Positions 1 through 11,120 of a DNA stretch of 64,000 bases are shown piece by piece. The notes under the pieces were generated by a model. That model searched no databases and was not told the origin of the DNA. It saw only the letters and a list, made by a program, of their open reading frames with translations. Source of the stretch: Nitrosopumilaceae archaeon (GTDB lineage Archaea; Thermoproteota; Nitrososphaeria; Nitrososphaerales; Nitrosopumilaceae). The stretch's first letter is position 1; every line of letters starts with the position of its first letter. Location: positions 480,001-544,000 of the forward strand of contig CBDCCK010000002.1 in NCBI GenBank assembly GCA_965214835.1. Direction: 5' to 3'. A program made the position numbers and the translations under genes.

Positions 1-1138
1 CCGGACTGGGAGAAGGATCTCAAGGATGCCAACTGTCACAAGGAGAAGGGCGCCCCGTTCCTGTATGCAGAAGGCATGATAATGGCCGCAGCCGCCCTCA
101 GGACCGCATTCATGCTAAAGTACAGGCAGCTGTCAGGTATGCTCGGGGAGATGCTAAAGGGTGCGGACTCGCCGTGTTACACCACGATATTCAGAAGGAT
201 ATAGAAGCTTGACGTAGACATTGCAGAGAACATAATCACGGTGCGCGACAAGTCCCGCAACCTGGTCATGATAGCTGACGCCACGGGCCTCAAGCAACAC
301 AACCGGGGCGAGTGGATACGCAAGAAATGGAAGGTAAGGCGAGGATTCGTCAAGATGCACCTGATGGTTGATGTAGACACCAAGCAGGTGCTTGCAGTAT
401 CTGTCACAAGTGATGCAGTCGGCGACAGCACGGAACTGCCGGCACTGCTTGAGGATGCAGTCAAGAACATCAAGAAGGAAGAGGAGGAAGAGGAGCAGAG
501 CCGCACCGACAGCGCGGATGCAGTCAAGAACATCAAGAAGGAAGAGGAGGAAGAGGAGGAAGAGGAGCAGAGCCGCACCGACAGCGCGGATGCAGTCAAG
601 ATCCCCAACATGCTTGCAGACGGGACATCGCCGCTGGCTGTACTCGGCACCGGCGCGAATCCAGATATACCGGGAAAGATCCTGCTTGCAGATGGCGCAT
701 ACGGCTCAAGGAAAAACGTAGCCGAGTGTCACAAACGCGGCATAAAACCGCTCATACGGCTTTTGACAAGTTGCAATGCAAAGGGCAAGGGCACCGGCGA
801 CAAGTGGGGCCGGCTGGTGCGATGGCAGCTCGGGGGCGGCCCCGAGGTGCCGGTGGGTGATCTCTCAAAGGAGGAAAGACAGGAGAACCTGCGGTACTGG
901 AAGAGCACGGTCGGCTTTGGCAGCAGATGGATCGTCGAGATCGTGATATCGGCCATAAAGCGTATGTTCGGCGAGTGCGTAATGGCCCTCAAGTGGTCCA
1001 ATATAGTGCAGGAAGTAAAGCTGAGGATATGACTGTATAACAAGTGGATAACAGAGGCGGTGGCTGCCGTGTAGGAACCGGGCGCCGGTCATGATCCGGG
1101 CGGACTGACTTGGCTCTAGTCGGAGTTATGCAACAAAC
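1..1138 (+). mobile_element. IS5-family element, left end outside the window; transposase pseudogene (1..1074)
   Basis: Frame 1 encodes DATG...KMHL...ADGAY...RWIVE DDE motifs, interrupted by TAG at 202 and TGA at 1030. Right TIR (GAGTTATGCAACAAAC) is followed by TA and matches the copy at 17802. Confidence 0.85.
454..600 (+). repeat. In-frame tandem duplication (63 bp and 72 bp units) with GAAGAGGAG expansion inside the IS5 transposase
   Basis: DAVKNIKKE(6)QSRTDSA is followed by DAVKNIKKE(9)QSRTDSA. The duplication is absent from the 17802 copy. Confidence 0.9.
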
Positions 1139-1398
1139 TAGTGTGCTCAAAAACTTTTAATCGTCACTATAGAAGAACCTGCTCATTAGTTTCGGTTAGG
1201 TACTTCTCATGAACTTTCATTACTATGTCATCTGAGACCAACGGTATTTTCCTTCGATTGTGTTATATGAAAATTATGTCGCACCATCATTACCGGTGTC
1301 CCCCTCAATCTATCTCGAGTCGCTTTTCCTGATCGCACCGGTGTCCTTGTCACAGAACGCCCGCACCGGCGTCTTGTAGCTGTCGATGTCCAGCGACT

Positions 1399-1528
1399 GG
1401 GGTTGTTGCCTAATTCACCAGAATTCATGAAACCCATTGATATGCCATATGAATCAGGCGTGCAAAAGGGCGGAAATTCAGAAAAACATACGGATTGAGT
1501 CAAACAAGTGGAATTAGGCAACAACCCC
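1399..1528. mobile_element. MITE family A (about 130 bp, TIR GGGGTTGTTGCCTAATTC)
   Basis: 18-bp terminal inverted repeats. Homologous copies at 29229 and 30650. Abuts and truncates the integrase. Confidence 0.9.
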
Positions 1529-2652
1529 GGTGGTACGACAACCTTGCGCGCGGGAGCGTGCTTACTGCAAACAACTCGCTGCGATGCATTGACAAGTTCT
1601 GTGAGACGCACAGCATGTCTCCGGTCGAGCTGGCAGATCTCGGAGTCAGGGATCTGAGGGCAGTCACGGATCTCATCGAGGATCACGTCACCATGATGGA
1701 GTCCGAGAACTACTCGTCCGGATACGTGACCCTGACCGTCCAGATCGTAAAGTCCTGGCTGAGGCACTCTGATGTGGTGATCAAGCGCAGGATAAAGGTG
1801 ACCCCCAACAGGAACCAGAAGACAATACAGAGCGAGCGCGTTCCAAACGCGCAGGAGATGTCCGAGATATACGGCCGCGCGGGACTGCGGGAGTCAGTCA
1901 TAATATCCCTGATGGTCAAGTCCGGGCTGAGGCCGGAGACCATAGGCAACCATGACGGCACGGACGGGCTGCGCATGAGCGATCTTCCGGACGTGGTGAT
2001 ACACCAGGGAACGGCAAAGTGCATAAGGACGCCGTGCATGGTGACTGTAAGGAGCACGCTGTCAAAGGCTCGCCACCAGTACTTTACGTTCATGACTGCG
2101 TCTGCAGCTAGTAACCTAACGGCATACCTCAACGACAGGCTCGCCCACAGGGAGCCGCTGCACGGGGGCTCGCCGGTGGTGGCGCCGGATCACATCCACA
2201 AGACGAACCGGGGCCGCAACAGGGACAAGGAATTCCTCATTACATCGCAGGTAAGTCACCTGGTGCGCAGGACGTTCAGGCCGAGGTTCACGTGGAGGCC
2301 CTACATGCTGCGCGTGTACTTTGACACGCAGCTGCTGATTGCCGAGTCCAGGGGAAGGATTGCGCATGACTTTCGCGTCTTCCTTATGGGGCACAGGGGA
2401 AGCATGGAGGTAAGGTACACCACGAACAAGGGCGTGCTGCCAGACGTCCTGCTAGACGAGATGCGGGAAGCATTCGGACGATCCGAGGAGCACCTGGACC
2501 AGGCAGAAGCAGATCCTACACTGGAACAAAAGCAGGAGGCGCTGCGGATGATAGGGGATACCACGCCGGATCAGCTCGGGCGCGTGCTAGAGGGACTGCA
2601 GAGAGTTGATTCGAAATTAGCAAACTCATTATTTGTGAACGAATTTGCATAA
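1529..2652 (+). pseudogene. Tyrosine recombinase/integrase copy 1, 5' truncated by a MITE and with a replaced 3' end
   Basis: SGLRPE, YMLR, LMGH and RY motifs. Near-identical to 47465..48667 from RWYDN onward. The ORF-track start at 1495 lies inside the MITE. Confidence 0.85.
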
Positions 2653-2871
2653 AGCAGCTCAAAACACCAACAAAATACAGATTATCTGTGAAATTACTTG
2701 AAAAATTCGTACGGTCTCTAATTTCGGATCACCTCTCTGCGGGCGAGGCGGTCACAGATGGGCAAACCGGGGAGGAGTATCATGTCAGATGGGGGGGTGA
2801 TCTGCTTTCTTGATCCCACATACGTATACACAACACGTAACACATAATTACCAAAAAACACAACGAAAAAC

Positions 2872-3009
2872 ATGTTAAAGGCAAACCGGATTGACCCCGC
2901 CCCGCTTTCTGCAGAGGAGATCAGCGACGTTGACGAATACTATTCGGGAGACGAGGATCCCATCCATTTTAGCAGTAGCGACGACCTGATCGACTGGCTG
3001 CACAGCTAG
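2872..3009 (+). CDS. Putative small antitoxin (45 aa, not in the ORF track)
   Basis: MLKANRIDPAPLSAEEISDVDEYYSGDEDPIHFSSSDDLIDWLHS*. Acidic, with a RelB/DinJ-like C-terminus, and ends 3 bp before the toxin. Confidence 0.65.
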   Translation: MLKANRIDPAPLSAEEISDVDEYYSGDEDPIHFSSSDDLIDWLHS

Positions 3010-3012
3010 GCC

Positions 3013-3285
3013 ATGGCAGCCATGTGGGAGTTTGACGCCAAGACCAAGTTCAAAAAACAGTACAGGGGCCTTAACCCCCAAACCCAGAAAAAGGTTGACG
3101 GGGCAATCGGTGAGCTGAAGCGCTCTGAAAATCCTGCACACCTGGGAAAATACAAGTCCAACATGAGGGTTTTTGCATTCCACATAGGACGAAGATATCG
3201 GATCATATACAACATCGACTGGAGCAATAACACGGTAGAACTTCTTCGCGTTTGTGACCACAAGTCAGCCTATGGCAAGGATTGA
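3013..3285 (+). CDS. RelE/ParE-superfamily (YafQ-like) toxin
   Basis: 90 aa basic protein: FKKQY..L, YRIIY, LLRVCDH...Y. Confidence 0.8.
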   Translation: MAAMWEFDAKTKFKKQYRGLNPQTQKKVDGAIGELKRSENPAHLGKYKSNMRVFAFHIGRRYRIIYNIDWSNNTVELLRVCDHKSAYGKD

Positions 3286-3412
3286 CGGGTTCTGGCCGGC
3301 TGCGATGATCCCGCGACTCCCTTTTGGATGCTGATCTGTCAGAATCACCTAAGTTAACCCAAGGCCCGACCTGTCTCATATGGTGCGCAGTATGGGGTCA
3401 CGTCTACCACAT

Positions 3413-4828
3413 CAGTACTTCCTAGATGTACTTTTGCAGACCCGACACGGCACCTCCGCTACTTTCCGCGATCGTTTACAAACGAGTCGGCCGCATCGAC
3501 AATGCACGCGACAAACAGCATCATGGTAAACCCCTTCCCTCCTGCAAATCCGTCCCACTTGGATTCCACGTCTATGAACACGGCAGTCCTCCACAGGTTG
3601 TACAGTATGACAGACATATAGAACAGCAGCAGCCTGACGACCGGGGAATTGCTGCACGTCTTGCCCATTATCCCCTTGATCACCCTGAACCCGGTCTCGA
3701 TTCCCCACCGACTGCGGTACTCCTCCGGTATCTGCTCAATGACTGCCTCTGCACTTTTAGCAGACATGTTGGTGGCAAAGACCAGATACCTGTCGGCTAT
3801 GGTCTCTTCTGCCTTGTCCTTCTTTGCTGCTGCCGTGCCGTCCTTTTCTACCTCGTCCTTTTCCACAATGACTAGCCTGAATGTGGCGCTCTTGCCGTCC
3901 TTGTTGGTCATTGTATATTTTGATACCGCACCGCGTTCTCCGCGGTCATGCTCCTCTATTGCCGCCACTATCCTCCTGTTCTTGACGGCAGGCATGATGT
4001 AGCTGCCCGTGCTTGTTTCTGCAGCCCTCATGCAGTCCACGTTAAAGAACCCGCGGTCATACAGGAACGTCTTGATCCTCATCCCTGATCTGGACGCCTT
4101 GCGGATCATTTTAGGCACGAAATCGGCCAGTTTTGCCTCTTTTGGAAGCTGCAGCGAGGAAAGCACGAGGTCAGACCCGTCATCTGATCCTATTCCGTGC
4201 ATGGTAATGTGCGAGAGAAACGTCGACGTGCCGTTCTTGGGCTTTGACTTTCTGGCGATATCCTCCAGGCCCTTGCCATAGTATTCCACGTCGGTAACGT
4301 CCACTGCCACGACGTCCGTGTTGTGCAGCATGCCTGACCTGCGGGCGCACCTTACCGTATGCTGCAGCATGGAGCTGCACCACTTTTGCGCATCATCCAG
4401 GCTGACGCCCCGGATCGCCTTTAGGATCCAGTCCGGACTAGGCGTACGGCAACTATACGCGCCGCCCTTGGAGGCAGCCCCGTCGTCATGCTGCTGCCTG
4501 CTGCATTTTGAGGCCCGCCTGCGAAGGTGCGTCACGGCAGATTCTGCAAACATCCTCCTCTCAGACATGAAATATAGAACGCGCAGTGCGTCGATGTGGT
4601 CATACACTGCGTTGCGACTCTTTGAGACGGCCAGCCCGAGCTTGGGAAACCGCCGTCGCAATGTTTTAAACTGTCTCGATGTTATGTCAAACTGGTGTGC
4701 AAACACGTCGTTTTGTGTTACTGACATGATGATGGTTGGCACACCGCCTGATCTATAGTATGATGGTCAAAAAATCTCGGCAAATTGCGTAATTATCGTG
4801 CCTGCAAAAGTACATCGAGGAACTACTG
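3413..4828 (-). mobile_element. ISH3/IS4-like insertion sequence; transposase at 3459..4742
   Basis: TIR CAGTACTTCCTAGATGTACTTTTGCAG (imperfect at the right end), 4-bp flanking repeat ACAT. Motifs AVDVT, YDRGF, YRSRWGIETGFR. Confidence 0.9.
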
Positions 4829-4832
4829 ACAT

Positions 4833-5211
4833 GGTGCGCAGGACGTTCAGGCCGAGGTTCACGTGGAGGCCCTACATGCTGCGCGTGTACTTTGACACGC
4901 AGCTGCTGATTGCCGAGTCCAGGGGAAGGATTGCGCATGACTTTCGCGTCTTCCTTATGGGGCACAGGGGAAGCATGGAGGTAAGGTACACCACGAACAA
5001 GGGCGTGCTGCCAGACGTCCTGCTAGACGAGATGCGGGAAGCATTCGGACGATCCGAGGAGCACCTGGACCAGGCAGAAGCAGATCCTACACTGGAACAA
5101 AAGCAGGAGGCGCTGCGGATGATAGAGGGGGCCACGCCGGATCAGCTCGGGCGCGTGCTAGAGGGACTGCATATGCCGGCAATACGCGCCAGGGCAGGTC
5201 GTGGCAGATAG
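4833..5211 (+). pseudogene. Integrase copy 2, 3' fragment only
   Basis: Near-identical to 2262..2599. Followed by the same roughly 110-bp tail that follows copy 3. Confidence 0.85.
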
Positions 5212-5311
5212 CGCGGGTGCAGAAAAACTCATTGCCGACGGCTGCACGTTTGTCGGCGTCCTGCCAAACGGCAGGGTGGTTCTTCAAAGAAGGGATATGT
5301 GAGGCCGCAGC

Positions 5312-5325
5312 GGCGCGACATACCC
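5312..5325 (+). repeat. att-like core copy (GGCGCGACATACCC)
   Basis: 14-bp match to the 48768 motif, at the end of the conserved post-integrase tail. Base composition becomes AT-rich immediately after it. Confidence 0.7.
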
Positions 5326-5402
5326 ACGTATATTGAAGAATTTTTGCTCGTCACTATAAATAGGACCTGATGTTGTACAAGTACAACATAGGAAGAAACT
5401 AA

Positions 5403-6227
5403 ATGCAAAAAGTAGTTTTGATAACAGGCTGTTCAAGTGGAATAGGACTAGAAACTGCACTAGAATTAGCAGATCAAGATTACAAAGTTTATGCAACCAT
5501 GAGAGATGTATCAAAAAGTAAATTTGATGATGGAAACATCGAAACACTCTACCTGGATGTAGATTCAGAGCAATCAATTGAAAAAGCAGTTAAAACAATC
5601 CTGAGTAAAGAAAATCAGATTGATGTTTTGGTAAATAATGCAGGTTATGGGTTCATAGGATCTATAGAGGATACATCAATTGATGAGATTAAAATGCAGA
5701 TGGAAACAGACTTCATCGGTCCCATCAGAATGATAAAGAAAATCATCCCAACAATGAAAAAGCAGAAATCTGGAAAAATCATCAACATAAGCTCTGTTGC
5801 AGGACAGATGGGATTTGCATTAAGCTCAGCATATGTTTCATCCAAATTTGCACTAGAAGGGCTAACAGATTCACTACGACAGGAACTAGGATTGTTTGGA
5901 ATTTCGATATCATTAGTTGAGCCAGGAGTAGTTAAAACAAATTTTCATAGCAATATGAAGATGGCAAAGAGATCAAAAACTTCAGAGTATAAAGAGATGA
6001 CAGAAATTATGAGAAAACAAGCTGGATTACTTTTTGAGAAAGGAACAGAACCAACAGTGGTTGCAAAGAAAATATCTGAAATCATCAAATTAGAAAATCC
6101 GGAACCCCGATACGTAGTTGGGGAAGACGCCAAGCTTCTAATGGAAAATAAAAAACGAATGTCTGGAATAGAATTTGAAAAATCAGTTCAGGAAATTTTT
6201 AAGGAATTAATGGAATTCTCTACGTAG
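5403..6227 (+). CDS. Short-chain dehydrogenase/reductase
   Basis: TGCSSGIG, NNAG and YVSSK motifs. Confidence 0.92.
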   Translation: MQKVVLITGCSSGIGLETALELADQDYKVYATMRDVSKSKFDDGNIETLYLDVDSEQSIEKAVKTILSKENQIDVLVNNAGYGFIGSIEDTSIDEIKMQMETDFIGPIRMIKKIIPTMKKQKSGKIINISSVAGQMGFALSSAYVSSKFALEGLTDSLRQELGLFGISISLVEPGVVKTNFHSNMKMAKRSKTSEYKEMTEIMRKQAGLLFEKGTEPTVVAKKISEIIKLENPEPRYVVGEDAKLLMENKKRMSGIEFEKSVQEIFKELMEFST

Positions 6228-9200
6228 ATTGGTAGTATCCACAATCATTATTGGTGCAAGCTACACCGCCATCAAATTTTTCTAATTTTGAGTTACATTT
6301 TGGACAACTATCAACAGTTGAATTAGTTACCAATTTACCAAGGAAAGATCTTTTTTCCAGATTCTTACTTGGGGTTACTTGTTGTTGCATACGTACTTTG
6401 TACATGTCAATAAGATCTTTATCGGAAGAAACAATCTCTAAGAATCCCTCTTTAGAATAATACCATTCAGTGTACGGGATTACGTTTTCATCATAGAAGA
6501 TCTGAATGGCCTTTTCTTTTCCAAATTTCTCAATATTTGATTCAAATTTTACTGCCAAGTTGCCTTTAACTTTATCAGCGGTTTCATAATCCTCATCATC
6601 AAAAGGCTTTCTTACTTCACCGACATCAAGCAGAAACTCATGAAAATTGGATTCATCATATTTTTCGTCAAGTTTGTGCCCAATTTCGGAATACATCTTC
6701 AGCTGTCTGAAATTAGGAACTACCTGCAACAATTCCTTGAGATGGTAGAAATCCATTCTTATTTTGTAGGCAAAATATCTATCTTCAGGATCAAGATCAT
6801 AGATTTTGATGAATTTTCCAAAAGTTCCAAAGTTCTCCAGATAGTATTCCATCCCCAAATAAGACAACTGTCGCATTTCCTCAAAATGGGGAACATGTCC
6901 AAGATCATTTTTGATGCGTTCATAGTCTTGGAACAAATCATCGATTGTAACAGACGGAGAAATGTTTTTTATTTTACTAATTGTGTCTTTTACAATCGAG
7001 TCAAATTTTTCAAATGAGCCAAAGCATTCAATATATTCATCTACTCTGTAATCACCATATTCGTCAAGCATATCAGAGGTTACAGGAATTTTTACAAGGC
7101 TATACAATTCAAAATATTCTTCGTACAAAGTATCTTGTAGTTTGGGATCATTTAAAACAGACTCTCCTTTTGATTTTAGATAGTTATCATATCCGCCATA
7201 AAGACGATGCATGAGTGTTTTTAGCCCTGAGCTTGTGGATTGATCAAATTGAGAATATGTCGGAACGTGTCCGAATGCCAAATCTTTTAATTTGTAAAAA
7301 TGTTCATCGAGTTTTTTTGAAGATTGAATTTCGAGCTCTTTCTGTTTTTGTTCTTTCAGCTTTTGTCTTTCTTCATAGTCATGTAATTTTTCATTACAAA
7401 TCTTTTCAAATCTTTTGGGGTTTAGGATTGTTTCAAAAGTAATATCGCCATCAATTGCATCAATATGTTTAATCAAATTATTTCTATAGTAGACACCAAA
7501 AACACTATGATTTTTATTTATTAAAGATCTGGTCTTGTCAGGATTATACTTCAAAAGGGTGTTACAAGCATCTTCCATGTTTGCTTTTGGTAAAGAACCG
7601 TTTTGGGTTCCCAATGCATACAGTCCTAAGATCATTTGATAGTTGTCCTGAATATTGTTTTGATTTTCCAGATAGCCTACAAAAGGACATTTTTTTGTAG
7701 CTCCGCTTCTTAGTTGTTCATCGCGACATTTTCTACAATGGCTTTGGGGTTTTTGTTTTCCATTGGTAGTTAGATATCCAAAAATTTCCTCAATTTCGTT
7801 AATGCCAGCTTTAGTGTGACATCTTGGACATTCTTTTTCAAAAGATTCAGAATCTGCAGAAATGGGCTTATTTTCAGGCAATTCCGGTGTTGCTTTATCA
7901 TTTTCAGGCTCAATTTCTGAAGAAAATGCAGGCTCCATCTCTAATTTAAGGCAGGATTTACATTTAGAGGGAACATTTGGCCAATCTTTTGATTCAATAG
8001 CATCAATGAACTCATCCACGCCATCAATCTCAAAGAGTTTCTTTATCTCATCCATTCCTTTAGCAACAATTCCACATGAATCGCAGTAATGCTGGTAAAG
8101 ATTTTGTTCGGAAGGAATGTCTTGTTTTAATGATGGCTGTTCAGAGGTCCAAGGTTTCCAGTATTCGCTAAACACTTTCCAGCCTAGTTCAGTCAGACCC
8201 TTATCAAAATTTGAATAACCATAGCTTTCATGTAATTGGAAATTGTCATCAATGTCAACCAGTAACACGTCATCAGTACCTCCACTTTTTGTTCCACGAA
8301 GCCCTCTTCCAATAATTTGTGTATACATCAAAGTACTCCTAACAGGTCGCCCTACAAAGACGCAGTTAATGTTCGGAGCATCAAATCCGGTTGTTAGTAC
8401 ATCATAATTGCATAATACCTCCACATTGCCATTTCTGAATTGTTCAATTGCATCAATTCTCTGATCAATCCCCATTTTGGAATCAACATACCGTGCTTCA
8501 ATATTGTAAAGAATCTTTAATGCATTTGCAATATCCCTTGAGTGTTCAACACTGCACCCAAAAAACAAAATTTTATCTCGCTTATGTTTTGTTTTGATGT
8601 CGTGAATAGTGTCTAAAATCCGTTTATTGCGTATGTCGTCATTTCCAATTTGTCGGATTGTCTCTGGTTTGAATTCCTTAAATTTTTTCAAGTAATTCAG
8701 ATCATCAGTAGACAAATTAATTGAACCCGATTTTAATATCCAGTGATATACCTCACAGAGGACCTTACGCTTGATTAGTTTTTTGTAAAGGGACTTTTGC
8801 TTATCAGTATCATCGATTTCTGTTTCTTTGGTTTTTGGTAAAATCTTTATGTATACAGATGATTCAGACTTTTCACCTTCATTGTCAGTAACTTCTAATG
8901 TGATTTTGTATTCTCCTTCTTCAGGAAAGGGAAAATTGATGTTTCGTTCTTTTTCAAAAGTCCACTCGGTTTTTTCATCAGATACGTTTTTAGAATATAG
9001 GTCAAGGAATTTTTTTATCTTGGAAATTTTCCATCTGAAATCTTCATCTTTGATAAATCCGTCTCGATCATAAGATCGTTCCCCAATGATTCTAACATCA
9101 CTGTCAACTGTAGAATAGGTTTGGCAGTCAATTAGTGCATGAGGCTTGAAGTTTTCTTCGCCTTCATAGTAAGGAATTGTGGGGAAGTACAGTCTACCAT

Positions 9201-10374
9201 ATCGCCTCAACAGTGTCTGAGTCTCAACGTTGTTTCCAGAACCGCGGAATGGGGTTGCAGTTAAGCCGATTAAGATGATGCCCTTGGTAGAAATTTCCTG
9301 TTTTCTACGGTTGATGTTAAACCCCATTTTGCCCAATACTGCATTGTATGAATCAGCAATGGAGTGATGGGCCTCATCGATAACAATGCAGGAAGTCACA
9401 TCAGACAGTTGTTCGATTGTTTGGGGGTTTTTTCTAAATATTGCCATCAGAGACTGAATAGTGGATACAACTACGCTTCTTTCAGAATATTCTTCATCTA
9501 ATTTTTCAACAGATACAGGCATCTCTTTTTTGTCATTTCCCCAGTACCGGTGCAAGTGAAGAACAGTCCCACGTCGGCCTTTAGCTTGGAAAGTTGTTTT
9601 GAATGCGCTAACTGCCTGTTCACATAGTTCACGTGACTGTGCAATCCACAAAATAAATTTCGAATTTCTTTGTCGGTGATTTTTTGAAGGCTTTCCATCA
9701 TTTAGCCATTCAATCAATGTTTCAACAATCATCCTGGTTTTTCCTGAACCGGTAGGTACTGAAATTAGAATCCTTTTGTCATCAATTCTACCTTCTAACA
9801 TTTTTCTGATTTCCATGCCAGTAGAATGCTGATAGTCATACAGAGGATTGAGATCTAGTGTCGGTACAACATGTTCGTGTGGGTGAAATTCTTCACCCTT
9901 GCTATCTTTTTCTGCAACAGACGTAGGGAACCCAAGAGATATTGCTAGTTGTTTTACCCAGCTACCATTAGCAGGTAATTGTGAAATGTGTTTTATTTTG
10001 TCAGAAGATTTGTCGATATTATTAGCTTTAGTTTTGTAAAAAGATTTTGCAAGATCAATAATTTCATTTTCAGTTACCATGTTTTTTGATATGGCAGCAG
10101 TAAGAATATGCTCGAGGAAATCATGACGCTTGTATGTGTTATTTTCAATACTACGAAGGAATCTGGAACCTACACTATCATAAAGAATTTGAGCAAGTTT
10201 GTTATGATTGGAAATTTTCATGTCCTTGATTGAATAAATTTTCAAAATATTTGGGCTCATGTCAGGAATGACATTATTTTTCATTTCATCAATGGACCAT
10301 AATTCTTTGAATCGTTCAACACATTTTTCTTGTGCAGAGGTTGCCACACGAGGCTGAATTTCTTCATCTTCCAT
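6220..10374 (-). CDS. Large SF2 (DEAH) helicase with PKD-like insert, Zn ribbons and C-terminal repeats
   Basis: PTGSGKT, DEAHH, LTATP, TTGFDAP and QIIGRGLR motifs. GEYKITLEVTDNEG is PKD-like. Several CxxC pairs. Confidence 0.85.
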   Translation of the reverse strand: MEDEEIQPRVATSAQEKCVERFKELWSIDEMKNNVIPDMSPNILKIYSIKDMKISNHNKLAQILYDSVGSRFLRSIENNTYKRHDFLEHILTAAISKNMVTENEIIDLAKSFYKTKANNIDKSSDKIKHISQLPANGSWVKQLAISLGFPTSVAEKDSKGEEFHPHEHVVPTLDLNPLYDYQHSTGMEIRKMLEGRIDDKRILISVPTGSGKTRMIVETLIEWLNDGKPSKNHRQRNSKFILWIAQSRELCEQAVSAFKTTFQAKGRRGTVLHLHRYWGNDKKEMPVSVEKLDEEYSERSVVVSTIQSLMAIFRKNPQTIEQLSDVTSCIVIDEAHHSIADSYNAVLGKMGFNINRRKQEISTKGIILIGLTATPFRGSGNNVETQTLLRRYGRLYFPTIPYYEGEENFKPHALIDCQTYSTVDSDVRIIGERSYDRDGFIKDEDFRWKISKIKKFLDLYSKNVSDEKTEWTFEKERNINFPFPEEGEYKITLEVTDNEGEKSESSVYIKILPKTKETEIDDTDKQKSLYKKLIKRKVLCEVYHWILKSGSINLSTDDLNYLKKFKEFKPETIRQIGNDDIRNKRILDTIHDIKTKHKRDKILFFGCSVEHSRDIANALKILYNIEARYVDSKMGIDQRIDAIEQFRNGNVEVLCNYDVLTTGFDAPNINCVFVGRPVRSTLMYTQIIGRGLRGTKSGGTDDVLLVDIDDNFQLHESYGYSNFDKGLTELGWKVFSEYWKPWTSEQPSLKQDIPSEQNLYQHYCDSCGIVAKGMDEIKKLFEIDGVDEFIDAIESKDWPNVPSKCKSCLKLEMEPAFSSEIEPENDKATPELPENKPISADSESFEKECPRCHTKAGINEIEEIFGYLTTNGKQKPQSHCRKCRDEQLRSGATKKCPFVGYLENQNNIQDNYQMILGLYALGTQNGSLPKANMEDACNTLLKYNPDKTRSLINKNHSVFGVYYRNNLIKHIDAIDGDITFETILNPKRFEKICNEKLHDYEERQKLKEQKQKELEIQSSKKLDEHFYKLKDLAFGHVPTYSQFDQSTSSGLKTLMHRLYGGYDNYLKSKGESVLNDPKLQDTLYEEYFELYSLVKIPVTSDMLDEYGDYRVDEYIECFGSFEKFDSIVKDTISKIKNISPSVTIDDLFQDYERIKNDLGHVPHFEEMRQLSYLGMEYYLENFGTFGKFIKIYDLDPEDRYFAYKIRMDFYHLKELLQVVPNFRQLKMYSEIGHKLDEKYDESNFHEFLLDVGEVRKPFDDEDYETADKVKGNLAVKFESNIEKFGKEKAIQIFYDENVIPYTEWYYSKEGFLEIVSSDKDLIDMYKVRMQQQVTPSKNLEKRSFLGKLVTNSTVDSCPKCNSKLEKFDGGVACTNNDCGYYQST

Positions 10375-11120
10375 TAGATTTTCACTAGATACCCATTTTG
10401 AATTAATGATTTAACCAGTTTTTCGGCATTTTTAGCAGAGTTTCCTTTATGACGAATTCCAACTTCCACATTTCTAGAGATTCCCCTTCCAGTCAGATTT
10501 GCAGAAGTTATAAGCAATTCTCTTTCATCAATTATCATGATTTTCGCATGAAGGGAGCTCTTCTTAGAATCTTTAGGCTTATAGGAATACAGGTGGGGTA
10601 AGGTACCCTTGTTTTCCCACATTTTGTCTATTAACGGCACAAATTTTTCAGCACTATCAAATAGCAATTTAATTGAAATTCCTTTTTGAGAAGCATGCTC
10701 TAATGCTGCAAAAATTTCTTTTGTGTCATGTTCAATAGTATATCCAACAATAGTTATTGATTTTTTTGCAGAATCAATCATATCCAAAAGAGTGGTTTTT
10801 GTGTTGTCAGCATCTTCATTGAAAACAAAAGGGCTTGTCCATACGAGTGAATGACTTTTTTCGTTTGTATCTCGAAGTTTAAAGATTTCATTGATCAGAT
10901 CAATTGACAATAGAAGAGCATTAAGATCATCAAAACTCTCCAACGCATTTTTTACAATTGTTGTTTCATCACTCGTAAGATTTAGTTTTGAACGTAGTTC
11001 AAATAAATTTGTAGTTTTGTCGATTTTGTTTTCAGCAATTAGTTTTTTTAATTGTAGAATTTTTTTGCTTGACAATTCTAAAACCAAATTTTCGATGTTG
11101 GTTCTAACTGAGTCAGTCAT
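10374..11120 (-). CDS. drmC: PLD-family nuclease, DISARM DrmC-like
   Basis: HAKIMIID...SANLT...N HKD motif, directly downstream of a drmB-like gene. Confidence 0.8.
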   Translation of the reverse strand: MTDSVRTNIENLVLELSSKKILQLKKLIAENKIDKTTNLFELRSKLNLTSDETTIVKNALESFDDLNALLLSIDLINEIFKLRDTNEKSHSLVWTSPFVFNEDADNTKTTLLDMIDSAKKSITIVGYTIEHDTKEIFAALEHASQKGISIKLLFDSAEKFVPLIDKMWENKGTLPHLYSYKPKDSKKSSLHAKIMIIDERELLITSANLTGRGISRNVEVGIRHKGNSAKNAEKLVKSLIQNGYLVKI

